NCBI RefSeq assembly: GCF_009914755.1
Contig: NC_060931.1
Reading direction: 5' to 3' (one strand)
Length of the DNA: 64,000 nt
Source of the DNA: the human T2T-CHM13v2.0 reference genome, Homo sapiens
How positions within the stretch are numbered: the stretch's first letter is position 1; each line of letters begins with the position of its first letter. Shown here one piece after another: positions 38,000 through 52,553 of the stretch. The position numbers and the translations under genes are program-made. The notes under the pieces are model-generated. The model made no database searches and was not told the DNA's origin. It was given only the letters and a program-made list of their open reading frames with translations.

Positions 38000-38582
38000 G
38001 CTCGACATAGTGGCACAGGCCTGTAATGCCAGCTACTTCAGGGACTGAGGTGAGACCCCCATCTCTAAAAAAAAGAAAGAAAACATCCAGGCCAAGTGCA
38101 GTTGGCTCCTGCCTGTAATGTCATTTTATAATCAGCATTTTGGAAGGCTGAGGTGGTAGGATTATTTGAGCCCAGGAGTTTGAGACCAGCCTGGGTAACA
38201 AAGCGAGACCCCATCTCTTGAAAAAAAAAAATCATCATTAAAACAAACATTAAAAGAAACCCACCTGGGTGTGGTGGCTCACACATGTAATCCCAGCACC
38301 CTGGGAGGATGAAGCAGGTGGATCTCTTGAGCACAGGAGTTTGAGACCAGCCTGAGCAAGATGGCAAAACCCTGTCTCTACAAAAAATACAAAAATTAGC
38401 CGGGTGTGGTGGCACATGCCTATAGTCTCAACTACTTGGGAGGCTGAGGTGGAGAATGGCTTGAGCTTTGGAGGTGAAGGTTGCAGTGAGCTGAGATAGT
38501 GTCACTGCACTTCAACCTGGGTGACAGAGCCAGACCCTGTTTAAAACAAACAAACAAACACACACACACACACACACACACA
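38000..38582 (+). mobile_element. Alu cluster (monomer fragments plus a dimer ending in (CAAA)n(CA)12)
   Basis: Consecutive Alu motifs; CA microsatellite at 38559-38582. Confidence 0.8.
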
Positions 38583-40312
38583 GAAAACCCCTCAAAACCC
38601 AAAACTATGCCATCATTTCGTTCTAGCAATTTACTAAACCACATATCAAGTTTGCATTCATATTAAAGAAGAGGCAGATGGGCTCTGCCTGAGAAATTTA
38701 TTGAGTTATAGTTTTATTGACACTGTAAGTTGTTTAAAATTGAATGGATTGCCACATAATATTTACAAATAATTTCATTTTTTGATGTTTTAATGGTTGG
38801 ATTCTCTTCTTTTAAAACTAGTTTTTTTTCTACCCAAATATTTCTCAAAATTCCATTGTTAAACAATCAATTGATCAATAATTTAACAAGTCTGGTACCT
38901 ATTATATTGTCATAATTTGTCAAGGTATTGTGTAGGGAAATAAAGAGACTAGCATTATAATTTTACTTTAATAAAAATGTATACCTATGTCTGCATAGAA
39001 AGAATAAATAAAAAAAGAAGCAAAACAGTGATTATCTGGATAATGAGATAAAATGTGATTACTATATTATACATTAATGTAGTTTCCAAATTATTTACTA
39101 CAGGCACATCTTATTTTTGTAACACCATAAAAGACATATACTATTTATGTCCCTAGGGAGCATATCTTATAACTGGAGAAGAAAATAAAGTAGCATACAG
39201 TAAACAAATAGAAAACAATTGAGTGCAAGATAAAAATAACAACAAAAAACCAAGAAAACAATTGAGTGCAAAACTGTATGATTACTGAGAATAAGCCCAA
39301 TAAGTTGCTCAGAGAAGAAGAGATCAGAAATATAGAAAGAAAGTTCAGTTCAGTTCTCTTTTTGTATAAGTATGACAAAAATTTAGCATTTGCTATCTTG
39401 AGAAAATTAACACGCATAATGAAATAAAAGCTCAGGATTAGGCCTGGCTCAAGTGATCCTCCCGCCTCAGCTTCTCAAAGTGTTGGGATTACACTGTGAG
39501 CCACAGCGCCCAGCCAACATGTTTGCATTCTTTTGCAATTCTTCTGATTTGAGAACATTTTAAATTGTAAAAAAAAAAAAAAAAAGAAAAAATTTATACC
39601 ACAATATTCGCTCTCAGACAAAAATAATGTAGCAAGATTGACTGCTCTTAAGTTAAATAAACGAAGGATTCAATTAAATCATTCTTGTAGCACACGTAGT
39701 CACTCAAAAGCATAGATACTCTGTCAGGTGTGGTGGTGTGCACCTATAGTCCCAGCTATTCTGGAGACTGGGAGTTCAAGTCCAGCCTGGGCAAAATAGC
39801 AAGATCCCATCTCTAAAAAAGAAAAAAAAGGCATAGATACACTATAAATTTATGTAAATATCTATATTTTATTAATTATAGAATTCTATTATAAAACTCA
39901 TTTTATGAATCACAAAATACGCTATCAATTAAACTATAATATATAGTAGATCATCAATTATAACATGAACCCTGATAAAATGTGAAAAATCTGTATTTTA
40001 TAATCAGTGAAATAAGATACACATTTTGTGACCATTTGATTAGTGTCTACTGCACCCATAAATATGAGGCCAGGGTATAAGCTTTTGTTCATCATTGTAC
40101 CCACAGCCAGCACAAATAATTTCCTAATAAATCCTTGAATGAATGAATGAATGAACAGGTGAATGCGTAATCAAACAAGGGAGTTTGTCTTACACTGCAA
40201 ATGCCTAAATGATAAATAAGAAAATGCCTTTTAAAAAAGTATTAACTGCTAAATAAGTACTGTAAAGTATCAATAATATTGTCTGATATTTATTTTTAAG
40301 TGATGCATCTAT

Positions 40313-40322
40313 TTCTTTGGAA
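40313..40322. promoter_or_regulatory. STAT6 N4-GAS element (distal)
   Basis: TTCTTTGGAA fits TTC-N4-GAA, 3472 nt upstream of the pendrin ATG. IL-4/IL-13 induction of pendrin through STAT6 is established. Confidence 0.7.
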
Positions 40323-41972
40323 AGAAGTCCTGAATATTTTAAAAGTCTGATAAATAAGAACCACCCACCTCTGTGTGAAACAGGAGAAGGTTGCCTTATA
40401 AAGCCCAAGTGAGTAATCTAAGGTGTTTAATATCACAATTAAATAGGGTGGAGAGAGCAAGCTGTTATTTCCTCCTACTCTTCTGTTTTTAAAAAGCCAA
40501 ATTCAAACGGTCTGCCTTTTACCTATGAGAAAAGCAGTTCTATACCCTTATAGAATCCTGTAACAGAGATACCATTTTGTTCTGCCCCAGCTATTTCTGC
40601 TATGGAAAAGCATTGAACAGAAAAAAGCAATTATCTTCATCCAGATACATGCAGGACTTATTATATTGTGATTATTGAACCAAACTCTTATATAGAGAGA
40701 TGCATTTCAAATAAGAATTCTATTAGCCAAGCTAAGTTACTCTTTTGCCTCCTGTTGTTACTCAAGTCTTTTCTCTTCTGTCCTTCTGCCAGCCTTACCC
40801 CACTCCTTAATCCTCTGAACCAGCAAACCATTGCCAAGTTCTGATGCAAAGTGGTTTATAGGCCTGACTGGACCAGACTAAAAGTGTTCAAAATAGCAAG
40901 CAACAAGGAGCAGAAATCCATATTAGAATGGGATATGGACTATATTTATATTGGTACAGAATGCCTTCAATAAAGAGTTGTGAGTTGTGTAGGTGAGTTG
41001 CCATGGAGCTACAAATATGAGTTGATATTCTGAAATCCTAGACAGCCATCTCCAAGGTTAAGAAAAATCCTTATGCACTCACTTGCAAAGATATCCACAG
41101 CATGCTCTTAATGGAGAAAAACAAAGCCTTAGATCAAATATGTAAAGTAATTTTTAGTTTTTTGAAAAGGTATGTTTGGGCTATAGATAAATCTGTTCAA
41201 AAAACATGAGAGAAGATAATAATGATTGAAAGGAGACACAGTGCTTGCCCTCAAGAAGTTTTTGTCTAGTGAGGGAGAGAGGACTTGTATGTAAATAAAA
41301 TTGTGTTACTAAGGTAGATAGTGAGAAGTAACTTAAGAGAGGATCAGATAAGGTATTAAGAGAATACAGAAAAGGGTCTGGATTAATTCTGAACAGCATC
41401 AAAGAATGTTCTTGCAAGAGATAGTGTTTTCACCAGATCTTGAAGGTATGGATGAGGGTATACAGAGTGAGTATATTCAGATTCTACTTTAAAACAAATA
41501 CTTTCCTCTGTTGTAGTGGAGTTGAGCTATACATCCAACAATAATGAAAAAATACACGCATATATACATATATGGAGAGAGATACATATTTTAGTACATG
41601 TAGCAATTGATTAATAAATGTACAGTTTAAGTCGCATGCAAAACCTTGGAGTGATAGCAAACTTCATTGTAGGATGTTTAGCAGCATCTCTGGTCTCTAC
41701 TCACTAGATCCCAATAGCATCTCCCTAGGTGTGACAACCAAAAATGTCTCCAGGCATTGACCTCTGGAGGCAAAAAAAGCCCTTTATTAAGAACCAGTGG
41801 TATACATAAGTAAAACATACACAAGAGATTCCTCCCCTCTTCTCTGTATGTGAATAAAAATTGCAAAGTTCATGACCTGGATTTTCCTTTTAGGTTTCTT
41901 CTTTAGTGGTTCTTAACTTCATTGGGTGAAGTAAGCCTTTGAAGATCTGTTGAAAGCTGTTGACTCATTCAC

Positions 41973-41982
41973 TTCTCAGGAA
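41973..41982. promoter_or_regulatory. STAT6 N4-GAS element (proximal)
   Basis: TTCTCAGGAA fits TTC-N4-GAA, 1812 nt upstream of the ATG. Confidence 0.75.
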
Positions 41983-42893
41983 AACGCACATGCTGACTAC
42001 CATTTCAGAGAATTTGCATCAGGGTTCTCTGGGGAGGCGTTCTGAGTTCTGTTTCCAGGAGCTCGTAGAATTGTCATGGTCTGCATATGCAAGGCAGGTG
42101 GATTACGGAAGGTTGATGTACAGAGGTCTGTATTTTGGAGCCTCTTCTGTATTTACTTCAGAACACTAACAATCAGGCGAGAATGTTCTGGTTTATCAAA
42201 CCCTTCCTTCTGCCTTTCATCTTAACCATGCATTAGTTTTAACAAAGTTCATCCCAACAGAAGACAAAACACTGATGAGGTAGGATAGCTCCAGCTCCTC
42301 CTCCCTCTCTTCTAGTCTTGATTTCCATGTAGTCCAGTTTATTCCTTCCCTGATTGTCCAGGAGAATGAGAAAAAGAAAAAACAGAGTCTAGTGGGTAAG
42401 AAAGGGCCACCTGGACGGCTTGATTTGGATTGTGAAATAAAACACACACACATGCACACGTAGAATAAGTGGCTAAAATCTGAGTAAATCGTGAACTCTC
42501 TGTATCCTCCACCCATTGAATACTCCTAAAAGACTTTCTAGAAATTCAAGGACTTATTAATATAGAAACCTGGCCATTGTTCCTCTTCTCCTCCCCATGT
42601 GGTATGAGAGCACCTGTGGCAGGCTCCCAGAGACCACGGACCTCTTCCTCTAGGCGGGCTCTGCTCTTCTTTAAGGAGTCCCACAGGGCCTGGCCCGCCC
42701 CTGACCTCGCAACCCTTGAGATTAGTAACGGGATGAGTGAGGATCCGGGTGGCCCCTGCGTGGCAGCCAGTAAGAGTCTCAGCCTTCCCGGTTCGGGAAA
42801 GGGGAAGAATGCAGGAGGGGTAGGATTTCTTTCCTGATAGGATCGGTTGGGAAAGACCGCAGCCTGTGTGTGTCTTTCCCTTCGACCAAGGTG

Positions 42894-42915
42894 TCTGTTG
42901 CTCCGTAAATAAAAC
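42894..42915. promoter_or_regulatory. Paired FOXI1 binding sites (FBS1/FBS2)
   Basis: TGTTGCT CC GTAAATAAAA. Counting back from the ATG in spliced coordinates puts c.-103 at T42899, the position of the known c.-103T>C FOXI1-site variant. Confidence 0.8.
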
Positions 42916-42938
42916 GTCCCACTGCCTTCTGAGAGCGC

Positions 42939-42944
42939 TATAAA
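42939..42944 (+). promoter_or_regulatory. TATA box
   Basis: TATAAA about 55-60 nt before the exon 1 donor, implying a TSS near 42970. Confidence 0.7.
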
Positions 42945-42970
42945 GGCAGCGGAAGGGTAGTCCGCGGGGC

Positions 42971-42998
42971 ATTCCGGGCGGGGCGCGAGCAGAGACAG
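42971..42998 (+). other. SLC26A4: SLC26A4 exon 1 (non-coding; TSS approximate, longer forms start further upstream)
   Basis: Consensus donor CAG|GTGAGT at 42998/42999, downstream of the TATA box. Confidence 0.8.
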
Positions 42999-43688
42999 GT
43001 GAGTTCGCCCTGAAGATGCCCACACCGCCCGGCCCGGGCTCCACTCCCGGGGAGGCCTCGAGGGTTGCGGATGGGACTCTTAAGTGGTCACGGATCAGGT
43101 GGGCAGGGGGCAGTACAGCTTTCTTTCTGAGACGCCGAGAGCGAACAGGCTGCTCGGAAAACAGGACGAGGGGAGAGACTTGCTCAATAAGCTGAAAGTT
43201 CTGCCCCCGAGAGGGCTGCGACAGCTGCTGGAATGTGCCTGCAGCGTCCGCCTCTTGGGGACCCGCGGAGCGCGCCCTGACGGTTCCACGCCTGGCCCGG
43301 GGGTCTGCACCTCTCCTCCAGTGCGCACCTGGAGCTGCGTCCCGGGTCAGGTGCGGGGAGGGAGGGAATCTCAGTGTCCCCTTCCAGCCTTGCAAGCGCC
43401 TTTGGCCCCTGCCCCAGCCCCTCGGTTTGGGGGAGATTTCAGAACGCGGACAGCGCCCTGGCTGCGGGCCATAGGGGACTGGGTGGAACTCGGGAAGCCC
43501 CCAGAGCAGGGGCTTACTCGCTTCAAGTTTGGGGAACCCCGGGCAGCGGGTGCAGGCCACGAGACCCGAAGGTTCTCAGGTGCCCCCCTGCAGGCTGGCC
43601 GTGCGCGCCGTGGGGCGCTTGTCGCGAGCGCCGAGGGCTGCAGGACGCGGACCAGACTCGCGGTGCAGGGGGGCCTGGCTGCAGCTAA

Positions 43689-43949
<261 letters not shown>

Positions 43950-45400
43950 TAGCGGCCGCGCGGGCCTGCGTAGAGAGAAGCGGAGCGGGGCGTCCACGCC
44001 TTGGGGAGGGAAGGGCGTCCCCAGCGGGCGAGAGTGGGGTGCGGGCGGCGGAGCCCCTGGGCGCCAGCTGCTTCTCCCAGAGGCCCGACTTTCGGTCTCC
44101 GGTCCTCCACGCCGCCCTTCTGGTGGGAGGGTGGCTCCATCAGTCTCGGGCCCGAAATGAACTTACCTGGGAAACTCGCCTTTGGGGAGAGTGGGTTCTA
44201 GGAGCCCCGTCTCTCTTTTTCCTCTCTGAAGGAAACTTGGAGTGCCTCTTGGGGTACAGTGGGTCCCTGTTGCCTTCTTGGGAGCTTGTTTAAATGAAAT
44301 GAATAGGGAAACCCAGCTCTTGACCAGGAGGAGTCCTTGAAACACTCAAGCTAAGTAGGCGGGCTACCATTCAGTTAGAGACCAGGATGCAAGCTAGAAC
44401 CCAGGGGAGCGCGGGGTGTGCCAAGTACTTCATCAGCAGGCTGTGGGACCCCTGGGGAAAGCCACCCTCAGTCTCTAAACCCAAACATGCCGTAACTAGA
44501 TGTCACAAACATAAAGAAATTAGAGTTTCTAAAACCTTTCATTATAGAACATTTCAAATATATGCATAAGTAGACGTAGTAGTATAATGAACTCCCCACC
44601 CCCACCGTTTTTAACCCATCACTCGGCCTCAACTGTGATCAAATCCAAGTTACTCTTGTTTCTTGTATCTACACCTACTTGCTCCCTCCAGTATTATTTT
44701 TAAGCAAATCTCATATAGCATACTGTCTTTATGTATTTTACTGCATATCTTTAAAGACTCTTAAAAAATATAACCACATTTCATGATCACACCTTAATAT
44801 CTAAAAATAACCTCCTAATATCAAAAATTGAGTCATTATTAAAATGTCCAATCGTCCCATAAATGCCTTAATTAAAAAACAATTTATTCAAATCAGGAGT
44901 TATACCACCTACTTTTGATATTTTTCTTTCATCTGTAGGTCACTGAATTTAAAAACTACCAAGTAGCAAGGTATAAGGTATACATTCCTCATGCTAAGAT
45001 TTTTGTAAAAACTAGCTCCAGGCTTGTATTGCCAAAATATACTCAGTGTGTTTATCTTCTTTAAAGAAAATAATAATAATAAGGCGCCTGGATTAGGAGT
45101 CTGAAAAGTAATCTCCATTTAGAGACTCCACATCCATCAGTCTCTGGCTGGACCAGAAAATAGGTTTTTGTGTAGGAATATTTTTTCAGAGGATTAAAAA
45201 TGTGAGCGAGGGGTGGGACACTTAATCCTGTGTTCTCTAGAAGAGTGCATTTAAAAGGATAGATACAGTTCTTGGCAAAAGCATGGTAAGCACTTCAGGG
45301 TTATTATTTTCCAGGAAATTCTTATTCTTTTTCCAAATAGTTATAAACATCAGCAGAATCCAGTTCATAACTTTGTGATTTGCAAATTGGTTGTGACTGA

Positions 45401-45595
<195 letters not shown>

Positions 45596-45821
45596 TGAGA
45601 GTTCTGGTCTCCAGCAGGAGTTTAACACTTCTCCCCAGCTACCATAGGTCTGTGACAGATGGTTGCTTACCCTTCAAGGCCTGTATCTTTCCTGTAGAGC
45701 CCCTTAGTGGAGAGAGTCACCTCTCTTCTCCCCTTCCTTAGAGTTCTCTTCCTGGGAAACTGCTGCCCCACTAGGTGCAGAGGTCCAATTTAGAGGCATA
45801 TACTAGGCAGTGGCTTCTCAA

Positions 45822-46126
<305 letters not shown>

Positions 46127-46360
46127 GCTTCTCTATTTTCATTGACCACAATTCAATAAGAAATGTGTAAAGAGTTTCAAGTCAAGATTTAAAAAAAAAA
46201 AAGAAATGTGTTACATCCTGATATATACATATATATCTAAAGTTCCTGTGAAATATTTATTATAACAATGTGCTAATCTTTCACTTTGTTCTATTATGCT
46301 TAGGTTTTTTAAATGATGATTGCAGTACATTAAATTATTTTATATCCACACGTGGATCTT

Positions 46361-46675
46361 TTTTGTTGGTTTGTTTTGCTTTGCTTTTTAGAGATACAGT
46401 CTTGCTCTGTCACCCAGGCTGGTGTGCAGTGGCACGATCTTGGCTCAATGCAACCTCTCTGCCTCTCGGGTTCAAGTGATTCTTGTGCCTCAGCCTTCTG
46501 AGTAGCTGGGGCTACAGGCATGTGCCACCATGTCCAGCTAATTACTGTATTTTTAGTAGAGATGGGGTTTCGCCATGTTGGCCAGGGTGGTCTGGAACTC
46601 CTAACCTCAAGTGATCCGCCCTCCTTGGTATCCCAAAGTACTGTGATTACAGGCATGAGCCACCATGCCCAGCCT
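46361..46675 (-). mobile_element. AluS with 15-bp TSD
   Basis: Alu dimer; CCACACGTGGATCTT at 46346-46360 and 46677-46691. Confidence 0.9.
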
Positions 46676-46999
46676 CCCACACGTGGATCTTGAGGTGTAG
46701 TTTGAAACTGGCTTAAGGAAAAGTGAAGGGAGCTTCCTAGCCTGGACTCCACATGAATGTTTTGCCTGCCCCTCATCCCTTTTTAAAAAAATTCATCCTC
46801 TTATTTTAATGTGTGGGAAAATGTGCCAACATAGGTGGTTATTTGTTCTTTTATAAACTGAGTTCATACCATAATATTCCCATAAGCATCTTAGAAATCT
46901 GTTGTATAGTTGGTGCCTAGCAGCATGGCATTCTCCTCTGTCCCCTATCCCCACCATCTCGTTTCTGCCCCACCCCCAACACCCTGACCAATTTCCCAA

Positions 47000-49599
47000 A
47001 GACCCTGAATCATGAAAACAGAAATATCGTTATTTATTATAATTTGTGAAACACCTAATATGTTCCAGGCACTAGGTATGCTGACACGAATAAGATGCAT
47101 CCTCTGCTTCCAAGGAACTCATAGTCCAATGGAGAAAGAGAAAACAATTCAATGTGATAAGGGCTGTGGCAGGGGAGTGCAAATTACTTGCTAAGGGAGT
47201 GCAAATGAGGTTCACTCAAAGCGGTCTTAGGGGATCTTGAATAGCTTCCTGGAAGTTGAATGTCAAAGCTGAGTTTCCCTGATGGCTAAGTCTGAGTTTG
47301 CCAAGTGATGGGAAGTAGGGTGGGGTGGGGATGGCTTGAAAATAGACTATTTCAGAAGCTAGTAATGAATGTTGAGCAATATTGTGAGCTAAAATTTGGC
47401 TATGGAGCTTTCAAGATTGCTCAGATCAGGCCAGGTAGATGCCCGAAGAGAAGGAGGATGGCCTATGAACCCAGGGTGGAGCCTCAGCCTGATCAAGCAT
47501 GTTCTTAATCACAAAGGTGGACGGGAGAGAGACTAGGATGGGCTGTGTGGTTCCTAAGTTAAACAATGCCAAGTATTCTACACTGTGCTCTAAGGGCTGT
47601 GACATGGTGACACCCTGTGACTCCTGGGGGACAGGAACCATGCCTCATTCATGTTTGTTCAGCAGGTGCCTAGCACAGAGACAGGCACATAATAGATGGT
47701 ATATTTAGTGAAAAAGATTGAATTGCATTCCTGATAATGAATCTTCTTTATATATAAAAAATGGTGGTTCATGCTCCATGTCTCCCCAGTTTTCATAGAC
47801 AAGTATCTTATAAGAATTCATTTTGTTTATAAGCATGAGACACTATGCTAAGTAAGAATGTTGCCAGCTATCTCATTTAATCCTCATAACAATCCTGCTA
47901 GGTAGGTCTATTATTATTTCATTTTCAGTAGGTGAAAAAATCTATTAAATCTTGCCCAGGGTCACGTGGCTGGTAAGTGGTACAGCTGGGATTTTAATCC
48001 GGTGTCTATTGTGTAGTTCCTTACTTTATGGGTAAGATGCTTTTCTAGAAACATTATCTCTATAAAGTTTTCTGTGTAAGGTGAATTTCTGGGAGGTTAA
48101 TCTGGCTCAGTTACACATCCATTTATCATTCATTCACTTAATAAATATTTATAAACTAATTCTGTAGACCAGGTATCCAGCCATGTGCACTCAGTGGTTC
48201 ATTAACAGGCACAGGTGCTGACTTCATGGAGCTTTGTAAAATTATTTTGAGGGGTAGGGATGGGAATTAAATAAGTAGATAAATAGAAAAATAATTATAG
48301 ATTGCAATATCTATTGTGGTGGATTAAATATACTGCAATAGGGATTAATTTGAAAGGTGGATCTTTATTTTTATATTTTTTTGAGACAGGGTCTTGCTCT
48401 GTTGCGCAGGCTGGAGTGCAGTGGTGAGATCACAGCTCACCACAGCCTTGGCCTCCTGGGCCCAGGTGATCCTCCCATCTCAGCCTCGCCAGTAGCTGGA
48501 ACTACAGGCATGTGCCACCATGCTTGGCTAATTTTTGTATTTTTTGTAGAGACAAGGTTTCACCATGTTGCCCAGGCTGGTCTGGAACTCCTAGGCTCAA
48601 GTTATCTGCCTGCCTCGGCCTCCCAAAGTGCTGGGATTAGAGGTGTGAGCCATTGTGCCCAGCCAGGAAGGGAGGTCTATTTTAGATATAATGGTCAAGG
48701 AAGAACTTACTGAGAAGGTGAAATTTAGTAAAAGACAAGAGAATGAGAAGGAGACAGCCATGTGATAAGCAGAAAAAAAGAGTGTACCAGGTAAAGGTGC
48801 AAAGGCCCTGAGGCCAGAAAACTTAGCATTTTCCAGGGAGGAAGAGGAAGAATTGTAGTGTGGATGAGTGCAGTGGGGGAGGGTGAGTAAACCATGAAAT
48901 AAATTGAGGCAGGACTGGGATTAGGATGAGGTAAGGGAGGCACTCACTCTCAGGATGCCTCTTTAAATATTGTACCCTAGGAAACTCATTTGCCTCACCC
49001 TATTCCTGGCCCTGTGGGGATATTGCTGTGAATTAAAGGGAGAATGGGTGTGTCAGCTTGAACCAGATGATGCAGGCTATGAAGAGAGCTGCAAGATAGG
49101 AATATATTGTGCAGCAAGAATCACTGACACATAATGATGAGTGTGGATGAAAATCACTGATGCCTCCAAGGTTGTTGGCTTGAGCAACCGGATAGATCAT
49201 TACATCATTTATCTAAATGGCAAAGACAGGCTGAGGAGCAGGTTTGGGATAGGAAATCAAGTTTCCTTTTGGATATGCTAAGTTTGAGACACAGGGTGAG
49301 ACATCTAAGTGGAGATGCCACCTAGAGAAGTGGGAGCTACTGCAAGTGTGAAGGTTAGAGGAGAGGTCTAGGCTAGACATAAAAATCAGGAAAGCATTGC
49401 TGAAGAGGTGATATTTACAAGAGTGGGAATGCCTGTGATTACCTAGGAAGAAAGGGCAGGTGTAGAAGAAAAGAGAGCCAGAGTACTTAGAAGTTAGGAA
49501 GGCAAGGAGAGGGGCAGCCAAGAACCTGAGAAAGCCTGGCGCAGGAAGTTGAAGACAAAGAACAACCAAAGGAATGTGGGATCAGAAGCCAAGAGAGAA

Positions 49600-49633
<34 letters not shown>

Positions 49634-50250
49634 CATAGAGGGGCTGAGAGTGTTGAATTTGCCTGAGGGGTGGGGTATGATGAAGGATTACAGACTGCTT
49701 TTAAGAAGTTTTGCCATGAATCAGAGGGAGATAAGAGATGAAGACAGAGTGAAGGGAGAATTTGTTTTTCTTAATATGGGAGATACTAGAACGTATTTGT
49801 GAACCGATAGGAATGACCTAGTAGAAAGAAAGAGATCTGTGGTGCAAGAAGTACAAGAGAAATAACTAGAAGCAAAGTAGTAAAAAGGGGCAAACGTGGA
49901 GGGGTTTGAGAATGGAACTAGGAGAACTACTCCTTAAAGGCAGGAGGGATATTTCTTCCATTTTCAAAGGAAGATAGCCCAAATGGTGCAGATGCAGACG
50001 GGTTTGAAATTTTGATGAAAAGTAACTTGGGAGCATCTCATGGATTCTGTGTTTTCGATTAAATGCAGAATATGTCCCTTAACTTTGAGTCTGGTGGAGA
50101 AGGGTTTGGGCAGATTGAGGTAAGTAGGGGAGGTTTGAATAGTTGTCTCAAGGAGAGGAAAGGCACACCCCCTGAGGAAATGTAACTGGGTCCCCAGGCA
50201 GTGTTGAGTGCCCATCTAGCACTTGTGGTCACACATTTTACATGAAATTG
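47000..50250. mobile_element. Patchwork of L2 and MIR fragments in SLC26A4 intron 3, including an AluJ at ~48364-48665
   Basis: L2-like motifs (cattcattcacttaataaatattta, ggtgcaaaggccctgagg, ttggatatgctaagtttgag) and a MIR core near 47850-48000. Confidence 0.6.
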
Positions 50251-51114
50251 GTTAGCCCAGATGTAGATGCCTTCAGTCCAGTTTATCTAGCTGCTCAAAG
50301 GCTCTCATGGATAAGGTAGATGTTTGAGGTCAGCCAAATTGGGGTTTTGCCAGACAAGAAAAGGAAGGAAAGAGAGAGTGAAAAAAGGGAGTTAAGAATA
50401 TTTGCAAAATTCCATGGAATCTGTGTGGGCAAGGGTGGAAGTGAAGACAGGAAGGTGTGGAGGATAGAGAGAAAGTGGATCGGTTAATTAATTAGAAGCC
50501 TCGTGAGCACAAATAAATGTTGCAATAAGGATTCTGCAGTAGATGAGCTGGAAGGTTTGGAGGCTGTAGCTGGAGAGAGGCTCAAAATTCAGATTTTGGA
50601 GGTGGTGGTGTGGTTTCCAGTGATGACAATGTCCATGCCACAACCACTGGCTGAGCAGCTGAGTAGTAGAACAACTCCGAGAAGACCAGCTCAGGTTACT
50701 GGGAAGCCAGGAAGTTGCTAAGGATGATGGGATCTTTGTGATTTTTGTTATTAAAACAAATTCCCATCAGACAGCAAAAGATCGATGCAACCCTTGTAGT
50801 GCTATTTTTATTCACAACTTTAAGGAGTCTGCTGTCTGCTTTCTCCTTTTGACTTTTATGTATTTGTTTGTTTAAACAACAGAAATTTATTTCTGCAACA
50901 TGAAGGTGCCTGTAGATTCAGTTTCTGGTGACAGCCCGTCACCTTGCTGCGTCCTCACATGGTGGAAGGCTTTACCTTTAGAAGAAATTTAAATTTAATA
51001 TAAATTTCAACTGTTTATTAGCACCTGCTTTGCCAGTATTTGTCACCATGCTATAAATCATGACTACCAACAGAGAAATTCTATCATTTAAATCAATGGC
51101 TCAGATTTCTTCTA

Positions 51115-51404
51115 ATTTTTTTTCTTTTTTGAGACTCTTTCTCACACAGGCTGGAGTGTAGTGGTATGACCTTGGCTCACTGCAACCACTGCCTCCTGGG
51201 TTCAAACTATCCTTGTGCCTCAGCCTCCTCAGTAGCTGAAATTACAGGCATGTACCAACACCCCCAGCTAATTTGTGTATTTTTAGTAGAGACGAGATTT
51301 CACCATGTTGGCCGGGCTGGTCTTGAACTCCTGGCCTCAGTGATCTTCCCACCTCAGCCTCCCGAAATGCTAGGATTACAATCATGAGCCATCACACCTA
51401 GCCC
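51115..51404 (-). mobile_element. Alu
   Basis: Alu dimer. Confidence 0.85.
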
Positions 51405-52259
51405 CAGATTTCTTTACAAATTGTGTAATTTTAAAACTGTTGTACCAAGTTTCTTTATAATAAAGATGATTCCAGTATATTTGAGTAGTAGTGGTCCCTA
51501 AATGGGACACTCTATATGAAAACTGAAAAGTTCCCCTTTTCCAGGCATATTAAGAACTGCAGAGCCCAGTTTGGGGAAATGGAAGTTTGAGAAGGACTTG
51601 AAAAATGTCCATATGAAATAGACAAGTTGTGCTTTCATCCCCTGCTCCTTCTTTTCTTATCTTCCTTCTGTGGAGTCACCTTCCTATTTTATTCCATGCT
51701 GTTGGGACTACTGACTATTGCAATTCCTGTTTGTAATTTACATATTAAAACAATTGTACTAATAGATATATTTTTCTAGAATACAAACTCCACTAGGGCA
51801 GAGACTTTGTTTTAACAGTGCCTGACACATGGTAGGTGCATAATCAACTGTTGTTGAATGAATGAATGCTTATTGTAGAAAACTAGAAAATACATATAAG
51901 GAACATGAAAAAATACCTCCACTACAAACTAGAAGTCTCCTCTGATCCTACCATACAGATAACCCATTGATATTTCAGTAAATATCTTACTAGGCACATA
52001 AATACTTATCTATATAAAAGTATAATGAAATGTCTGGAAATAATAAGCACCAAATTCAGGATAATTGTTGCCTTCTGAGGGTAGAGGGAGGAAAGAGGAT
52101 GTGATTGAGGAAGAGTATACTGAGAGTTTCCGCTGCATTGGCAGTAATTTATTTCTTAAGCTAGATGATGGATACATGAAAGTTTATTATATTATTCATT
52201 GTGTATTGTGTTTCTTGTATATGTAAATTACTTCATATTTTATTCAAAATACCTCCAGA

Positions 52260-52553
52260 TTTTTTTTTTTTTTTTGAGATGGAGTCTTGCTCTGTTGCCC
52301 AGGCTGGAATGCAGTGGCGCAATCTCGGCTCACTGAAACCTCCGCCTCCTGGGTTCAAGCAGTTCTCTGCCTCAGCCTCCTGAGTAGCTGGGATTACAGG
52401 TGCCTACCCCCATGCCTGGCTAATTTTTGTATTTTTAGTAGAGACGGGGTTTCACCATCTTGGCCAGGGTGGTCTTGAGCTCCTGACCTCCTGATCCACC
52501 CACTTCGGCCTCCCAAAGTGCTGGGATTACAGGTGTGACTCACCGCGCCCGGT
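52260..52553 (-). mobile_element. AluS
   Basis: Alu dimer with poly(T). Confidence 0.9.

Noticed and set aside
42538-43560. 340-aa minus-strand ORF, plus the 203-, 208- and 254-aa ORFs over the CpG island
   Set aside because: The 340-aa ORF starts at GTG, not ATG. All are Pro/Arg/Gly/Ala-rich with no recognisable domain, and long stop-free frames are expected in GC-rich islands. Ribo-seq on SLC26A4-AS1 would be needed to revisit this.
46346-46691. Duplicated E-box CACGTG as a designed regulatory pair
   Set aside because: Both copies are simply the TSD of the intervening Alu.
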